This document shows, piece by piece, positions 8,800 to 19,622 of a stretch of 64,000 nucleotides of DNA. The notes below the pieces were generated by a model. The model had not been told where the DNA came from. It made no database searches and was given only the letters and a program-made list of their open reading frames with translations. How positions within the stretch are numbered: position 1 is the stretch's first letter; each line of letters begins with the position of its first letter. The translations under genes and the position numbers were made by a program. Source of the DNA: Planctomycetota bacterium (lineage in GTDB: Bacteria > Planctomycetota > Planctomycetia > Pirellulales > UBA1268); the NCBI GenBank assembly GCA_014238855.1, contig JABAAH010000006.1:4804-68803 (forward strand). The letters are read 5' to 3'.

Positions 8800-11547
8800 T
8801 TACTCTGTGAACAATTCCAGTTCAGCAACACCGCCTTCAATAGTCAGGTCGGTTATTGGAGTCTCATCTTCTGCTGGTGTCTGTCCGTCTCGTCGAGTCA
8901 GCACAAGCGTCTGCTGGCTTTTCATATGGTCAGCAAGTTGTTTCCGAAGGTCTTTCTGTTCTTTTTCTGCAAGTTTTGTAAACGCACCTCGGCCTCGGCA
9001 TTTTGGGAATTTACTGCACCCGAGCCACGGACCACGTTTGCCGTCACGAAGATTGAGAAAGCCACCACACTTTTCGCATTCAATATCAGTCGTAATGGGA
9101 GGTGGAGCAGGGAACTTCAAGTTCCCTGCTTTGTCAATATTGAGAATGAATGGTGGAGGTGTATCTGAGTCCGATTTCTTTCGTGATTTTTTTGGTGGGG
9201 GTGGGACATCTTCAACCAGAAAATCACCATACCGACCGCTCCTTTTCACCATCGTTATTCCATTTGGTGAGAGGAGATCAATCTGCTCTGGAAGTTGGGG
9301 ACGCCCAGTTACTTGATCACAAGGCATTGCAAAGGTGCATGAAGGAATTTCTTTGGGCTTTCTGCTCCGGGGCTTTTTCCCTTTGGCTGTCATTTTTGTG
9401 GGCGGCAGGACTTCAAGTATCTTTACTTGGTAGCCTGGACACGACAGGAATTTCCCCCCATTTTTCGCAAGAAGATAATCAAGCCGGCGGGTACATTCTG
9501 GGCATTTGTAAAGACTTGGTCGCGTTCGAATGAAGTCAAGTTCTTTTAAAATATCTAGGTAGGGAATAAGTTTTTTATAAAAACGTAGCAGCATTTCTTG
9601 ACGTGTTATTTTTCCCGCCGCGACGTCATCAAGGTCATCTTCGATTTCCCGGGTATATCCAACTTCAATGAACTGCTGTTCAAGAGAGGCATCATCAGCA
9701 CCCGTTTTCAAAAACTCAGTGACTAATTCACCTCGAAACGTTGCATAGAAACGTTTGTCAATTTGTTCAGCGTAACTTCGGTCTTGAATAACTCGAATGA
9801 TGCTTGCATAAGTCGAGGGCCTGCCAATACTTTCTTGTTCAAGCTTTTTGACGAGTGACGCTTCAGTGTATCGAGGGGGGGGTGCCTGAAACTTTTGCTT
9901 TGGTTCGATACTAAATGGTGCTAACTTGGTTCCTTTGTCAAAATCTGGCAGCACTTGATCACCGTCACCTTTTGGGATTCCAATGATTCGTAGGCAGCCA
10001 TCGAAACGTAGCACGCGGCCGTTTGTTTTAAAGACGGCACCGGTGTCTTTGTCAGAGCGTCTCATTTGCACTGTGGTGCTATCCCATTCTGCATCGGTTG
10101 CCTGGCAGCCAACAAAGGATTGCCAGATGAGTTGGTAGAGTCGAAACTGCTCGTCACTCAAGGCAGATGCGATAGTGTTTGGGTCACGAAATGGATCCGT
10201 TGGTCGAATTGCTTCGTGAGCTTCTTGGGCGGACTGATTTCTGCTGGAGTAAAAGCGAGGTTTTTCAGGGAGATATTCCTTGCCAATTTTTTCTTCAAGA
10301 TAGCTGCGTGCTAACTTGATGGCCTCGCCAGACAAGTTTGTTGAATCAGTTCGCATGTATGTGATCAACCCAACGCTTCCTTCTCCAGGAAGGTTCACGC
10401 CCTCATAGAGTTGTTGCGCAATACGCATGGTTCTGTCAGCTGGCATGCCGAGCCGGCTGCTTGCGGCCTGTTGTAACGTACTCGTAATAAATGGCGGGTA
10501 GGGCTTTGACTTCGTGCGTTTCACGTCAATGGAGTCGATTGCGTAGCGAGTCTTGGAATCCGGCGTGCCAGTTATTCGCACAACATTTTTTGCGCGTCCC
10601 TTGCCGTCTTTGTTTGTTTCGCGATGTATATCTATGTCTATCAAGCCGGCCGCCTCCGCAGCAGACACGGCCTCATCAATGAGTTTCTTGGTAGATGTTT
10701 TATCAGCCTCAATCTTTAAAGACTTACCACCAACTTCAATAAGTTCTGCGGCAAGACTGCGGCGATCAGCCAACCAAGCCATTCGTTGTTTTATTGTTGG
10801 TGGTTTGTTGCGAGCATCCGTCCGAGACACGAAGTCATTCCATTCAGCATGGAGAGCTTCTGTGGTATTGATATCAAAGCTAAGGAATCCTGAGAGTTCC
10901 CAGGATTCATTGGGAGTGAAATCTCGGATTTCTTGTTCACGCTCAGCAACGAGTCGGGAAGCAACACTCTGTACTCTGCCTGCACTTTGACCTGCGCCTT
11001 TGGGCCACAGGATTGGTGAAGTTAGAAATCCGACGAGGCGATCAAGGATTCTTCGTGCACGCTGTGCGTCCACGCGATCCATATCAATGCCTCGAGGGTT
11101 CTCAAAAGCCTTCTTGACATCCGATTTTGTAATGGCGTCAAAGGTTACTCGTTTTGCTTCTGATGGATTAACTTTAAGCACTTCGGCAAGATGCCACGCA
11201 ATCGCTTCTCCTTCACGATCAAGGTCAGTTGCAAACCAGATGTCACGAGCACCCTTTGCGAGTTTCTTCAGCTCCGTAATGACTTTTGTCTTCCCTGCAG
11301 AAATCTCATACTCATCGTCCATCGTCTCGAGGTCGACGCCTGGCATTTTTTTTTCGGTATCTTTTGCCTTGAGATCACGGATATGCCCAACTGAGGCTCT
11401 CACCGTAAATTCGGCTCCGAGATACTTTTCGATTGTTTTCGCTTTTGCCGGACTTTCAACGATGACAAGCTCGTAGTCTCCGGTTGGAGTGGTCCCAGCC
11501 GATGATTTTCTGCTTGTACGAGCCTTGCGGGAGGTCTTTTTGGCCAT
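8800..11547 (-). CDS. topA: DNA topoisomerase I
   Basis: Toprim start LVIVESPAKAKTIEKYLG, active-site GLITYMRTDS, and C-terminal Cys4 zinc-finger repeats (CPEC..C, CEKCGG..C). ATG at 11547 is preferred over the TTG at 11562 used by the track. Confidence 0.95.
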   Translation of the reverse strand: MAKKTSRKARTSRKSSAGTTPTGDYELVIVESPAKAKTIEKYLGAEFTVRASVGHIRDLKAKDTEKKMPGVDLETMDDEYEISAGKTKVITELKKLAKGARDIWFATDLDREGEAIAWHLAEVLKVNPSEAKRVTFDAITKSDVKKAFENPRGIDMDRVDAQRARRILDRLVGFLTSPILWPKGAGQSAGRVQSVASRLVAEREQEIRDFTPNESWELSGFLSFDINTTEALHAEWNDFVSRTDARNKPPTIKQRMAWLADRRSLAAELIEVGGKSLKIEADKTSTKKLIDEAVSAAEAAGLIDIDIHRETNKDGKGRAKNVVRITGTPDSKTRYAIDSIDVKRTKSKPYPPFITSTLQQAASSRLGMPADRTMRIAQQLYEGVNLPGEGSVGLITYMRTDSTNLSGEAIKLARSYLEEKIGKEYLPEKPRFYSSRNQSAQEAHEAIRPTDPFRDPNTIASALSDEQFRLYQLIWQSFVGCQATDAEWDSTTVQMRRSDKDTGAVFKTNGRVLRFDGCLRIIGIPKGDGDQVLPDFDKGTKLAPFSIEPKQKFQAPPPRYTEASLVKKLEQESIGRPSTYASIIRVIQDRSYAEQIDKRFYATFRGELVTEFLKTGADDASLEQQFIEVGYTREIEDDLDDVAAGKITRQEMLLRFYKKLIPYLDILKELDFIRTRPSLYKCPECTRRLDYLLAKNGGKFLSCPGYQVKILEVLPPTKMTAKGKKPRSRKPKEIPSCTFAMPCDQVTGRPQLPEQIDLLSPNGITMVKRSGRYGDFLVEDVPPPPKKSRKKSDSDTPPPFILNIDKAGNLKFPAPPPITTDIECEKCGGFLNLRDGKRGPWLGCSKFPKCRGRGAFTKLAEKEQKDLRKQLADHMKSQQTLVLTRRDGQTPAEDETPITDLTIEGGVAELELFTE

Positions 11548-11728
11548 GAATCTTGGGTGCAAAGGGGGTAAGAACGATTAATTTCTGCCGATATCGGCAT
11601 TGGCACCAGACCATCTGGCGATACAATCTCCGACTTAGTTATTGCTCAACAGCGTTACCCTCCCTTCTCTCTATTTGTCAAGCCTCAATGGTTTTCCAGC
11701 CCGGGGCGCTTCAGAAAAAGGCGGTTTT

Positions 11729-14050
11729 ATGGCCGGGTCATTCAATTTTTTTCGGAAATATCAGCGATCGATGCTCGTGGCGGTGGCGGTCTTGGCGATG
11801 TTGGCCTTTTTTGTGCTACCGCCGTTCCTCCAGATGGGGGCGGGCTCATCGTCCAATGATCCAGTTGTTGTGGAGTGGAACGGTGGTACCGTTCGCGAAG
11901 ATCAGCTTGAGCGAGCAGTGGCCCTACGGACTCTTGTGAACCGCTTTCTAATGCAGGCTGCCGCTACAGCGGGTCGTGACCCTTCTCAGTTGCCGGCATT
12001 CCCTGAGGGTGAAGAACTGGTTGTTCGAGAAATGCTCCTCGCAAAAGAAGCAGAAAAGATCGGATTAACAGTCAGTAATACAGCAATCAACGAGTTTCTC
12101 GCTGTCTGGACAAATAATATGGTCCGACAGGATCAGTTCGATGGGATCATTGCTGGTCTTCGATATGGTCGTGCGCCCGTTTTAGCAGCAGACCTTTTTG
12201 AATCATTACGAACCGCTCTCATAGCGAGAAATACGCTACTGCTGTTTCAGACAGGATTTTCTGGAGATCCTCCCGCTTGGCGGTGGGACTTCTACAAACG
12301 ACTCGAACAGTCTGCAACAGTCGAGGTGTTTCCTGTCGAGGTTGAAAATCTTGCCACTTCTGTGGAGTTGCCGAATGAATCAAAACTGGAAGCATATTTC
12401 GAGACATTTAAAAACGACCTTCCGTCAGCGATGAGTCCAAATCCTGGATTCAAGGAGCCACATCGAATTCAGTACGCCTCGCTCATGGCAGATCAAAAGA
12501 AATTCGAAGTAGCAGCGGAGAAAACAATAACGGATAAAGATATTGAGGAGTTCTACGAAAAAAATAAAGAAACCAGATTCCGGGAGGCCCTATCGGCACC
12601 CCCGGTGACAAAAAAACCGGCTACGGATTTCGACGATGAGCAGCGTAAAGAAACTTCAGACGATGAACAGCGTAAAGAAACGCCAGCAATCGACAGTACA
12701 AAAGAAAAAGCTCCCCAGGATGTTTCTGATGCCTCAGAAAAAGTAGATCAAGAGACCGGCGAGAATGCACCAAAGGAATCCAAAGACTCCAAGGAAAATG
12801 AAAGTAAGGTCGAGGAAAAAGAGGCTGCCCAGCCATCTGACTCCGATACGAGTTTTAGGGACCGTAAGACGCCCGTGAGAACAGTGACTTTTCAGGTGGA
12901 AAAAGAAGAATCATCTCAGGCGGAAAAAAAAGAATCATCCGACACGGAATCTTTGAAGAACGTAAAACAGCAATCAGATGAAAAGCCCACTGTCGAGAGT
13001 GAAACAACTGGTTCTGTTGAAGAAAAACAGAAGCCGGATGGGAAAGAAAGTGAGGACTCAGCAGATTCTGAGAAACCAGAAATGACTTTCCAGCCATTGG
13101 ACAAAGTTGCTGATCAGATTCGTCAGGAAATTTCACGCCAACGTGCTACAGAAACAATAGATGCAATATTCTCGGCGATGGCCGCAGACTTAAATGCGTA
13201 TGCTGAAGATCGGGCGCTGTGGATTGCACGCGGTAAAGATGGCGATAAAGAACCTTCTCCACTGAACGTCGAAAAAATAGCCAAGAAGCAGGATCTGATT
13301 GCTGTCGAATCGGACTGGACGACTGTGACAGAAGCCATTGGCGGTGGCGGCATAGGCAGCAGCTTTGAGTTTGTGCCCGATCCATCGAGTCGGTTTGGGA
13401 TTCGTCAGCAGCGATGGCTGGAGACAATGTTTGGCGATGGAACAATTACGCTGCGTCCTGTGACGTCGCGTGATGCAGAAGGGAATCGTTACTTCTCTTG
13501 GAAGCAGGGTGACACGGAAGAGCGGGTCCCGACTTTCACTGAGGCTCGTAGTAATGTTGAAAAGGCATGGCGAATTGTTGAAGCTCGTCCCATTGCCTTG
13601 GAGCAAGCAACTGCACTTGCCAATAAAGCCCGTGCCAAAAGCTTTAAAGAATCCCTGTCAAAGTCAGAGTTTGAGCAAGTGGAAAAGATTGGTCCCTTCA
13701 CGTGGCTCACACAAGGAGCAGTTGGGGTGAACGGCGCACCAGTTTTGTCATCACCAGAAGGTCTCGTAATGCCAGGCAACAAAATGATGCAGAAGATTTT
13801 TTCAGTTGCCGAGGGGCAGAGCATTGCCTCGTTTAATGAGCCGCAAACAATCTGCTATGTGGTCCGCCTGCTTGAATATAAGCCAGCGGAGGAAGAGTTG
13901 CAAAAGCGTTTCGAAGGTGTTCTTGGGGATCAGAGGCGATTGTCTATGGTTGCTCAGACAGCGTTTGCCGAGGTGTTTATGAATTGGATCGCGAGCCTGG
14001 AAAAGGATTTAGAACTTACTTGGAATCGTGACCCGAGACTTCCACGGTAG
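11729..14050 (+). CDS. PpiD/SurA_N-like periplasmic chaperone with acidic low-complexity insert
   Basis: ATG 11729 gives MAGSFNFFRKYQRSMLVAVAVLAMLAFF, a PpiD-like N-terminal anchor. The central region (about 12600-13090) is rich in E/K/S/D and includes a 27-bp tandem duplication at 12632-12685 (DDEQRKET x2). I did not recognise a PPIase domain. Confidence 0.6.
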   Translation: MAGSFNFFRKYQRSMLVAVAVLAMLAFFVLPPFLQMGAGSSSNDPVVVEWNGGTVREDQLERAVALRTLVNRFLMQAAATAGRDPSQLPAFPEGEELVVREMLLAKEAEKIGLTVSNTAINEFLAVWTNNMVRQDQFDGIIAGLRYGRAPVLAADLFESLRTALIARNTLLLFQTGFSGDPPAWRWDFYKRLEQSATVEVFPVEVENLATSVELPNESKLEAYFETFKNDLPSAMSPNPGFKEPHRIQYASLMADQKKFEVAAEKTITDKDIEEFYEKNKETRFREALSAPPVTKKPATDFDDEQRKETSDDEQRKETPAIDSTKEKAPQDVSDASEKVDQETGENAPKESKDSKENESKVEEKEAAQPSDSDTSFRDRKTPVRTVTFQVEKEESSQAEKKESSDTESLKNVKQQSDEKPTVESETTGSVEEKQKPDGKESEDSADSEKPEMTFQPLDKVADQIRQEISRQRATETIDAIFSAMAADLNAYAEDRALWIARGKDGDKEPSPLNVEKIAKKQDLIAVESDWTTVTEAIGGGGIGSSFEFVPDPSSRFGIRQQRWLETMFGDGTITLRPVTSRDAEGNRYFSWKQGDTEERVPTFTEARSNVEKAWRIVEARPIALEQATALANKARAKSFKESLSKSEFEQVEKIGPFTWLTQGAVGVNGAPVLSSPEGLVMPGNKMMQKIFSVAEGQSIASFNEPQTICYVVRLLEYKPAEEELQKRFEGVLGDQRRLSMVAQTAFAEVFMNWIASLEKDLELTWNRDPRLPR

Positions 14051-14138
14051 TGGGTGAAGAAATCTTCGAGTAAGAGATTTTAGGTTTTAAGATTCTTGGG
14101 AAAGGAATCTGGCCTAACTGGCTTTATAAAGTATGCCT

Positions 14139-16037
14139 TCATTTCATGTGCGACACGCCGGAGGGCTTCAGCGCGATTGCTGCGAGTGGAGGCACCGTAA
14201 GTGAGACAGAGTACTCGCGTCCGTGGCAGGCAATAGGCTCGCAGGGTAGTCGGGCTTTATTGAGAACATCGCTACCTCCGAGGTGGGCAGCATCGCTATT
14301 AAAAATCTCAGTGTAGTAGTCAGCACGAGGCACTCCTACTCTGTAGCCTGTTCGAGGCACGGGTGTGAAATTATAAACAATGGCCAGGGCGTCTTTTTGG
14401 GCGACACCTTTTCTCAGGAAGCTGATAATACTTTCTTTCCAATTCTGGCAATCGATCCATTCAAATCCTTGTCCACCGAAATCTATTTGATGCAGCGATG
14501 GCTCTTGTCGTAGAAGCGTATTAAGTTCTGCTACGGTTTGAGAGAGCCCGCGATGACGGTCGTCTTTAAGAACATTCCACTGGAGGCTTTTATCAAAGTC
14601 CCATTCTTCTGGCTGTCCAAATTCATCGCCCATGAATAAAAGCTTTTTCCCAGGGTGAAACCACATGAAGGAATAGAGCAGCCGTAAGTTCGCAAATTTC
14701 TGCCAGCTATCACCAGGCATTTGATTGAGTAGTGAACCTTTGCCATGAACAACTTCATCATGTGAAAGTGGGAGGACAAAGTTTTCATGGAACGCATAGA
14801 TTAAACTGAAGGTTAATTCGTCATGATGATACTTTCGATGCACTGGATCCTGTCGCATAAATCGCAGCGTATCGTTCATCCAGCCCATGTTCCACTTGAG
14901 GCTAAATCCGAGACCACCCGTGTGAGTTGGACGAGAGACTCCTGGCCATGCCGTCGATTCTTCTGCAATCGTTAGTGTTCCAGGGAAGTGGTGATGCACT
15001 TGGACGTTGAATTCCTTGAGGAATTCGATTGCTTCAAGATTCTCACGACCACCAAATACATTTGGTATCCATTCTCCTTCGCGACGGCTGTAATCGAGAT
15101 AAAGCATCGAAGCGACTGCATCGACCCGCAGCCCGTCAACGTGGTAATAGTCAAGCCAGAAGAGAGCAGATGAAATAAGATAGTTAGTTACTTCATTGCG
15201 ACCATAATTAAAAATAAGGGTACCCCAATCTGGGTGTTCACCTTTACGAGGGTCTTCGTGCTCGTACAGAGCGGTGCCATCCAGGCGTCGTAGTCCATGA
15301 TCATCTTTTGGGAAGTGTGCAGGTACCCAATCAATAATGACACCGATACCTGCTTGGTGAAAACTATCAATGAGTGACATGAAATCTTGAGGTGTGCCGA
15401 ATCGACTCGTTGCAGCAAATAAGCCGATGGCCTGGTATCCCCAGCTTGCAGAGAGGGGATGCTCTGTCGGTGGAAGAAACTCGACATGGGTAAAACCCAT
15501 GTCGATGCAGTAAGGAATAAGTTCCCGTGCAATGTCATCATATGTTAGCCAGCGATGTGGGCGCTCTTCTGGTCGTTTCCAGCTTCCCAGGTGAACCTCA
15601 TAGATTGATATCGGCTCACTAAACCAGTCTCGTCGCAGCCTTTGCTCCATCCACTGAGTGTCGCGCCAGGCGTAATCACGTAAGTCCGTGACAAGAGAAG
15701 CAGTCTGTGGCGGCACCTCGGCTGAATAGCCGTAGGGGTCGGCACGGTCAATGGTGCCCTCGGTAGTTTGGACGCGAAACTTGTAGGCATTGCCAGACTT
15801 TATACCAGGAACAAACAGGTGCCAGATTCCAGATGCAATTAATTTGCGCATCGTATGGTTATGGCCAGCCCAGTTATTAAAGTTACCAACGACACTTACC
15901 GTCTGGGCGTTCGGTGCCCAGATCGCAAAATGTACGCCCTGCTCGCCATCAAGTGTGCACAGCTGCGCTCCTAGCTTCTCGTAGCTTTTCCAGTGTTTTC
16001 CTTCGCCCAGAAGATGTAGGTCGTAATCGGTCAGCAT
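14139..16037 (-). CDS. glgB: 1,4-alpha-glucan branching enzyme
   Basis: 632 aa with GH13 motifs [18 protein letters not shown] and [14 protein letters not shown]. Confidence 0.95.
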   Translation of the reverse strand: MLTDYDLHLLGEGKHWKSYEKLGAQLCTLDGEQGVHFAIWAPNAQTVSVVGNFNNWAGHNHTMRKLIASGIWHLFVPGIKSGNAYKFRVQTTEGTIDRADPYGYSAEVPPQTASLVTDLRDYAWRDTQWMEQRLRRDWFSEPISIYEVHLGSWKRPEERPHRWLTYDDIARELIPYCIDMGFTHVEFLPPTEHPLSASWGYQAIGLFAATSRFGTPQDFMSLIDSFHQAGIGVIIDWVPAHFPKDDHGLRRLDGTALYEHEDPRKGEHPDWGTLIFNYGRNEVTNYLISSALFWLDYYHVDGLRVDAVASMLYLDYSRREGEWIPNVFGGRENLEAIEFLKEFNVQVHHHFPGTLTIAEESTAWPGVSRPTHTGGLGFSLKWNMGWMNDTLRFMRQDPVHRKYHHDELTFSLIYAFHENFVLPLSHDEVVHGKGSLLNQMPGDSWQKFANLRLLYSFMWFHPGKKLLFMGDEFGQPEEWDFDKSLQWNVLKDDRHRGLSQTVAELNTLLRQEPSLHQIDFGGQGFEWIDCQNWKESIISFLRKGVAQKDALAIVYNFTPVPRTGYRVGVPRADYYTEIFNSDAAHLGGSDVLNKARLPCEPIACHGREYSVSLTVPPLAAIALKPSGVSHMK

Positions 16038-16273
16038 GTTTAAAGCAAAAAAAGAGAGGTATGAAAACGGACATTAGTCTCTTGTCGAAAACGCAATTGT
16101 CGAGATCGCGACGGAGTATCGACATTCGATGAAAGAGCTAAAGTAATCGTACTGCTGAATGAGGAGTCATGCAGCCGTGAAGGAATGTTTTAAGGGCAGG
16201 TTGTCCCATCTGCAGCGACAGTCCGACCTGCAAGGGGGGATTGGAAGCAAAAAGTGTTTGTGGGCAGTGAAAA

Positions 16274-16310
16274 ATAAGCCCGCCGACGAAAGGTTCGTCG
16301 GCGGGCTTAT
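16274..16310 (-). terminator. rho-independent terminator hairpin
   Basis: Perfect 17-bp stem (ataagcccgccgacgaa / ttcgtcggcgggcttat) with a 3-nt loop. On the minus strand it is followed by ATTTTTCAC. It lies about 45 nt downstream of the amidotransferase stop. Confidence 0.75.
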
Positions 16311-16355
16311 TGAAAGTTCAGTTAAGAAGTCGCTTCGAGAAAAAGTCTAGTATCA

Positions 16356-17102
16356 TCAGGCTACAAGACGCATCGCTGGTATTTCTCCAGTAATTCCGAC
16401 AACAAATTCCTCGAAAATTTTGGCATCAAGAGCAGATGCGGAATCGGCTTCTGGGTGAAATTGCGTACCAATTGCAAACCAACCTTCAATATCGCTTTCT
16501 ATTGCCTCAATGACTCCATCAGGAGATCGAGCAGTTATTCGGAAGCCAGACGCAAGGTCATCGATGGCCATGTGGTGCATGCTATTCACACGAATTTCAC
16601 CATCACCATAAACGCGTTCCATTGCTGAATCTGGCTCTACAAGAAGTCCATGACGGTGGGCAGTATCAAGTGGATCTTTGTGTGGGATCGCTTGAGGTAG
16701 ATCCTCAGGAAGATGCAAGTGAAGTGTCCCACCCTCGGTGACATTAAGAAGTTGCATCCCACATCCTATGGCCAGTACTGGTGAATGTCTGGCGCAGATC
16801 TGCTTCACCAGCATTCGATCAAAGTCTTCACGCCTGTGGTCCATATTACGAACCGCAGGGTGTGGCATATAACCATCTCGCTGGGGGTCAAGATCGGCTC
16901 CACCGATTAGGACAACCCCATCCAGAGTGTCGAGCACTCTCACGAGGTCGTCTTCATCTTCAAGAGGAGGCAGGACGAGAGGTATGCCTCCTGATTGAAT
17001 AATATTCTCGTAATAGCCTGCTGCTATGAATGAAAGCGAAGCGTGCTCCTTGCAACTGGAGCGAAAGTCCATATTAATTCCGATTACCGGTTTGGCTGCC
17101 AT
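16356..17102 (-). CDS. gamma-glutamyl-GABA hydrolase-like class I glutamine amidotransferase (peptidase C26)
   Basis: GGADLDP, nucleophile-elbow LAIGCGMQLLN and QFHPE motifs. ATG 17102 (MAAKPVIGINMDF) is preferred over the long track start at 17312. Confidence 0.8.
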   Translation of the reverse strand: MAAKPVIGINMDFRSSCKEHASLSFIAAGYYENIIQSGGIPLVLPPLEDEDDLVRVLDTLDGVVLIGGADLDPQRDGYMPHPAVRNMDHRREDFDRMLVKQICARHSPVLAIGCGMQLLNVTEGGTLHLHLPEDLPQAIPHKDPLDTAHRHGLLVEPDSAMERVYGDGEIRVNSMHHMAIDDLASGFRITARSPDGVIEAIESDIEGWFAIGTQFHPEADSASALDAKIFEEFVVGITGEIPAMRLVA

Positions 17103-17356
17103 GAAAGTTCCTTCTTCGAGCAACTCGTTTGAGTGTTCGTGCCACTCGTCCTTGAGTGACAACTTCGAACCCTGAGGCGTGAAGATATGACTCCTGAAAG
17201 ACAAGACAAGAACTTTTTTGATTTTGTGGTCGGCGGCACACCCAACCACAAGATGCTGTGCTAGCACTTTCTTTGCTAGCACAGGGGGTCGTCTGCCACA
17301 AAATTTGCGCAATGCTCATTCCGGTTTAAATCTTGTTTATGAGTAAACCTAAATGG

Positions 17357-18247
17357 TCAGGCAGATAACCAGACCGCGTCAGAGAAACTTCGAAACCAGG
17401 TGCGTTGACGTTTTGCCAGTTGACGGGTGCGCTGTTTCGTTTTCGAGATGGCTTCCTGTTTAGTGATTTCACCCCTGATACATGCAAGTGATTCTTTGTA
17501 GCCAGCAGCTTGCGCTGCTGTGGTACCAAAACCATATTGTTCTTCAGCCGCTTCAGTCTCCTCTAGAATGCCGGACTCGAACATGGCTTCGACACGCTGG
17601 TTTATTTGGCTGTTGAGTATTGTGCGTGGGTGATCGATGACGAGTATCGGGCATGGGAAGAGCCGTTTTTCTGGATTGTCTGCCAAAGTCCAAGATCGCT
17701 TGTGATCTATCCCAGCAGTTTGCATGATTTCAAAAGCACGGATGATACGTTTTGAGTCATTGGGATGAATTGCTGCGGCAAGATCCGGGCGGACTTTAGC
17801 GAGTTTCTTATGGAACGCCTCAGGGCCAAGTCGCTTGAGTTCGTCAGTTAGAGTATGTCGCAGTGCATGGTCTACCGGAGCAAAGTCATCGAGGCCATCG
17901 CGGAGGCATCGAAGGTACAGCGGAGTACCCCCGACAATGAGAATTCGTCGACCGCGTTTGCGACAATCTTGAATCACTTTGCTTGCTGCAAGAAGCCAGT
18001 CTGATGCGGTAAAGAGGGTTGCAGTATCTACGAGATCAAGGAGATGGTGAGGTGATTCGGCCTGTTCTTTCAACGTCGGTTTTGCCGAACCAATATCCAA
18101 GCCCCGGTATACGGCAACTGAATCAGCACTGAGGATGTCGGCATTCAATCGTCGTGCCAGACGAATTCCTAAAGCGGTTTTACCTGATGCAGTTGGGCCT
18201 GTAAGGATTATGCAATCACTTGCTAATTCAGGCATGGACGCGGACAT
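17357..18247 (-). CDS. miaA: tRNA dimethylallyltransferase
   Basis: P-loop GPTASGKTALG, DSVAVYRGLDIGSAKP and IVGGTPLY motifs. Confidence 0.9.
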   Translation of the reverse strand: MSASMPELASDCIILTGPTASGKTALGIRLARRLNADILSADSVAVYRGLDIGSAKPTLKEQAESPHHLLDLVDTATLFTASDWLLAASKVIQDCRKRGRRILIVGGTPLYLRCLRDGLDDFAPVDHALRHTLTDELKRLGPEAFHKKLAKVRPDLAAAIHPNDSKRIIRAFEIMQTAGIDHKRSWTLADNPEKRLFPCPILVIDHPRTILNSQINQRVEAMFESGILEETEAAEEQYGFGTTAAQAAGYKESLACIRGEITKQEAISKTKQRTRQLAKRQRTWFRSFSDAVWLSA

Positions 18248-18336
18248 TGAAGCTTCGGTGTCTTAGGGGTATATCACATGGTACAGTTAATCACTGTAGT
18301 ATGCGTTAAAAGTATCTTATTGGAGAATCAGTAGTA

Positions 18337-18690
18337 ATGGAATCAGGCAGTCCGAACCAGTTAGACGACCAATCAGTTGGAAAAGTATTCGGGCAACTTG
18401 AGGGTATTATCACAAGTCGTAAAACATCCGGCTCAGAGCAATCGTACACAAGCAAGCTTCTTGCTGAAGGTGCTGTAAAAATTGGTTCGAAAGTTACTGA
18501 AGAAGCTGAGGAACTTGTTGAGGCGGCTATCAACGAAGCCGATGAACGAGTTGTCTCAGAAGCGGCGGATCTTTTTTATCATGCTATGGTGTTGTTAGCA
18601 TGTCGTGACGTAACCCTGAAACAAGTAGAAGCGACGTTGGCCGGACGTTTTGGCGTTTCAGGACTTGATGAAAAGGCATCCAGGAAGTAG
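18337..18690 (+). CDS. hisE: phosphoribosyl-ATP pyrophosphatase
   Basis: 117 aa. SYTSKLL..G..KIGSKVTEEAEE..AA and AADLFYHAMVLL match the HisE helical bundle pattern. Confidence 0.85.
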   Translation: MESGSPNQLDDQSVGKVFGQLEGIITSRKTSGSEQSYTSKLLAEGAVKIGSKVTEEAEELVEAAINEADERVVSEAADLFYHAMVLLACRDVTLKQVEATLAGRFGVSGLDEKASRK

Positions 18691-18740
18691 CAATAGTGTG
18701 GCTACAATTTTAAGTCGAAGTTCACGCAAGTAGAGAAAGT

Positions 18741-19619
18741 ATGAAGAAATCTAGACCAGAAGGTGCAGAGCGAATGCTTCGTATCGGCATTCCGAGTAAA
18801 GGGCGACTGTCAGAAGTGGTCGCTGATTTGCTTCATGATGCAGGCCTCTCGTTTCGCCGTGTGTCTCGTTCGTTATTTGCTCGGTGCCGTGACGTCCCGG
18901 TTGAGATCGTTTTTCTGCGAACCGATGACATTCCCATCCTCACGGCAGAAGGTGCTATCGATCTCGGTATTACTGGTGCTGATCTTGTTGCTGAAGGAGG
19001 AGTTGATCTTATTGAAAGACTTTCTCTTGGGGTCGGTAGCTGTAGATTAGCTCTCTGTGTACCGGATAACGCAGAGATCGTATCACCTAAAGATTTGCAT
19101 GGCCGAAGAGTTGCTACGAGTTTTCCTCAAATCACCCGTGATTGGTTAGCTCAGCATGGTGTTGAAGTGCATTTAGTTGAACTCTCTGGCAGTGTTGAAA
19201 TCATGGTATCCCTCGATGTTGCCGATGCGGTTGTCGATCTTGTCGAAACGGGAAGCACATTAGCAGCTAATCGTCTTCGTGTACTGGAAGAGATTGGTTG
19301 CTATGAGACCGTACTCGTGCAAAACAAAACTGTAGTCGATACCAATATGGCCGACCGCATTGTTCGTCGTCTGCAGGGAGTTGTCATAGCACGGACATGG
19401 ACGTTACTGGAATACAACGTGCCACGAAGTCGTTTAGCTGAGGCAGAAGACATTACTCCAGGGTTTAATTCACCAACGGTGAGCGCCTTAGAAGAGACAA
19501 GTTGGTGCTCGGTACGGGCGATGGTGCGAAGAAATAAAACCCATGAGATCATGGAGAAGCTTGAATCAATAGGAGCATCTGCCATTATTGAGACTGATAT
19601 CTCGAATTGTAGGCTGTAG
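18741..19619 (+). CDS. hisG: ATP phosphoribosyltransferase, long form
   Basis: 292 aa. LRIGIPSKGRL, DLGITGADL and DLVETGSTL motifs plus a C-terminal regulatory domain. Confidence 0.9.
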   Translation: MKKSRPEGAERMLRIGIPSKGRLSEVVADLLHDAGLSFRRVSRSLFARCRDVPVEIVFLRTDDIPILTAEGAIDLGITGADLVAEGGVDLIERLSLGVGSCRLALCVPDNAEIVSPKDLHGRRVATSFPQITRDWLAQHGVEVHLVELSGSVEIMVSLDVADAVVDLVETGSTLAANRLRVLEEIGCYETVLVQNKTVVDTNMADRIVRRLQGVVIARTWTLLEYNVPRSRLAEAEDITPGFNSPTVSALEETSWCSVRAMVRRNKTHEIMEKLESIGASAIIETDISNCRL

Positions 19620-19622
19620 CGG

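Noticed and set aside
8807-11476. Several 60-170-aa plus-strand ORFs inside topA
   Set aside because: All are antisense to a 915-aa ORF with unambiguous topoisomerase I motifs. They have Ser/Arg-rich composition typical of shadow ORFs.
12855-13824. Cluster of 60-140-aa minus-strand ORFs
   Set aside because: They are antisense to the PpiD-like gene within its low-complexity acidic region. They are mirror-image artefacts of GAA/AAG-rich sequence.
16159-16350. 63-aa plus-strand ORF
   Set aside because: It runs through the 17-bp-stem terminator hairpin and lies in a promoter/terminator gap. It has no coding features.
17103-17312. 70-aa N-terminal extension of the amidotransferase ORF
   Set aside because: The extension shows no similarity to the C26 family pattern. 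The conserved domain begins at the Met at 17102.
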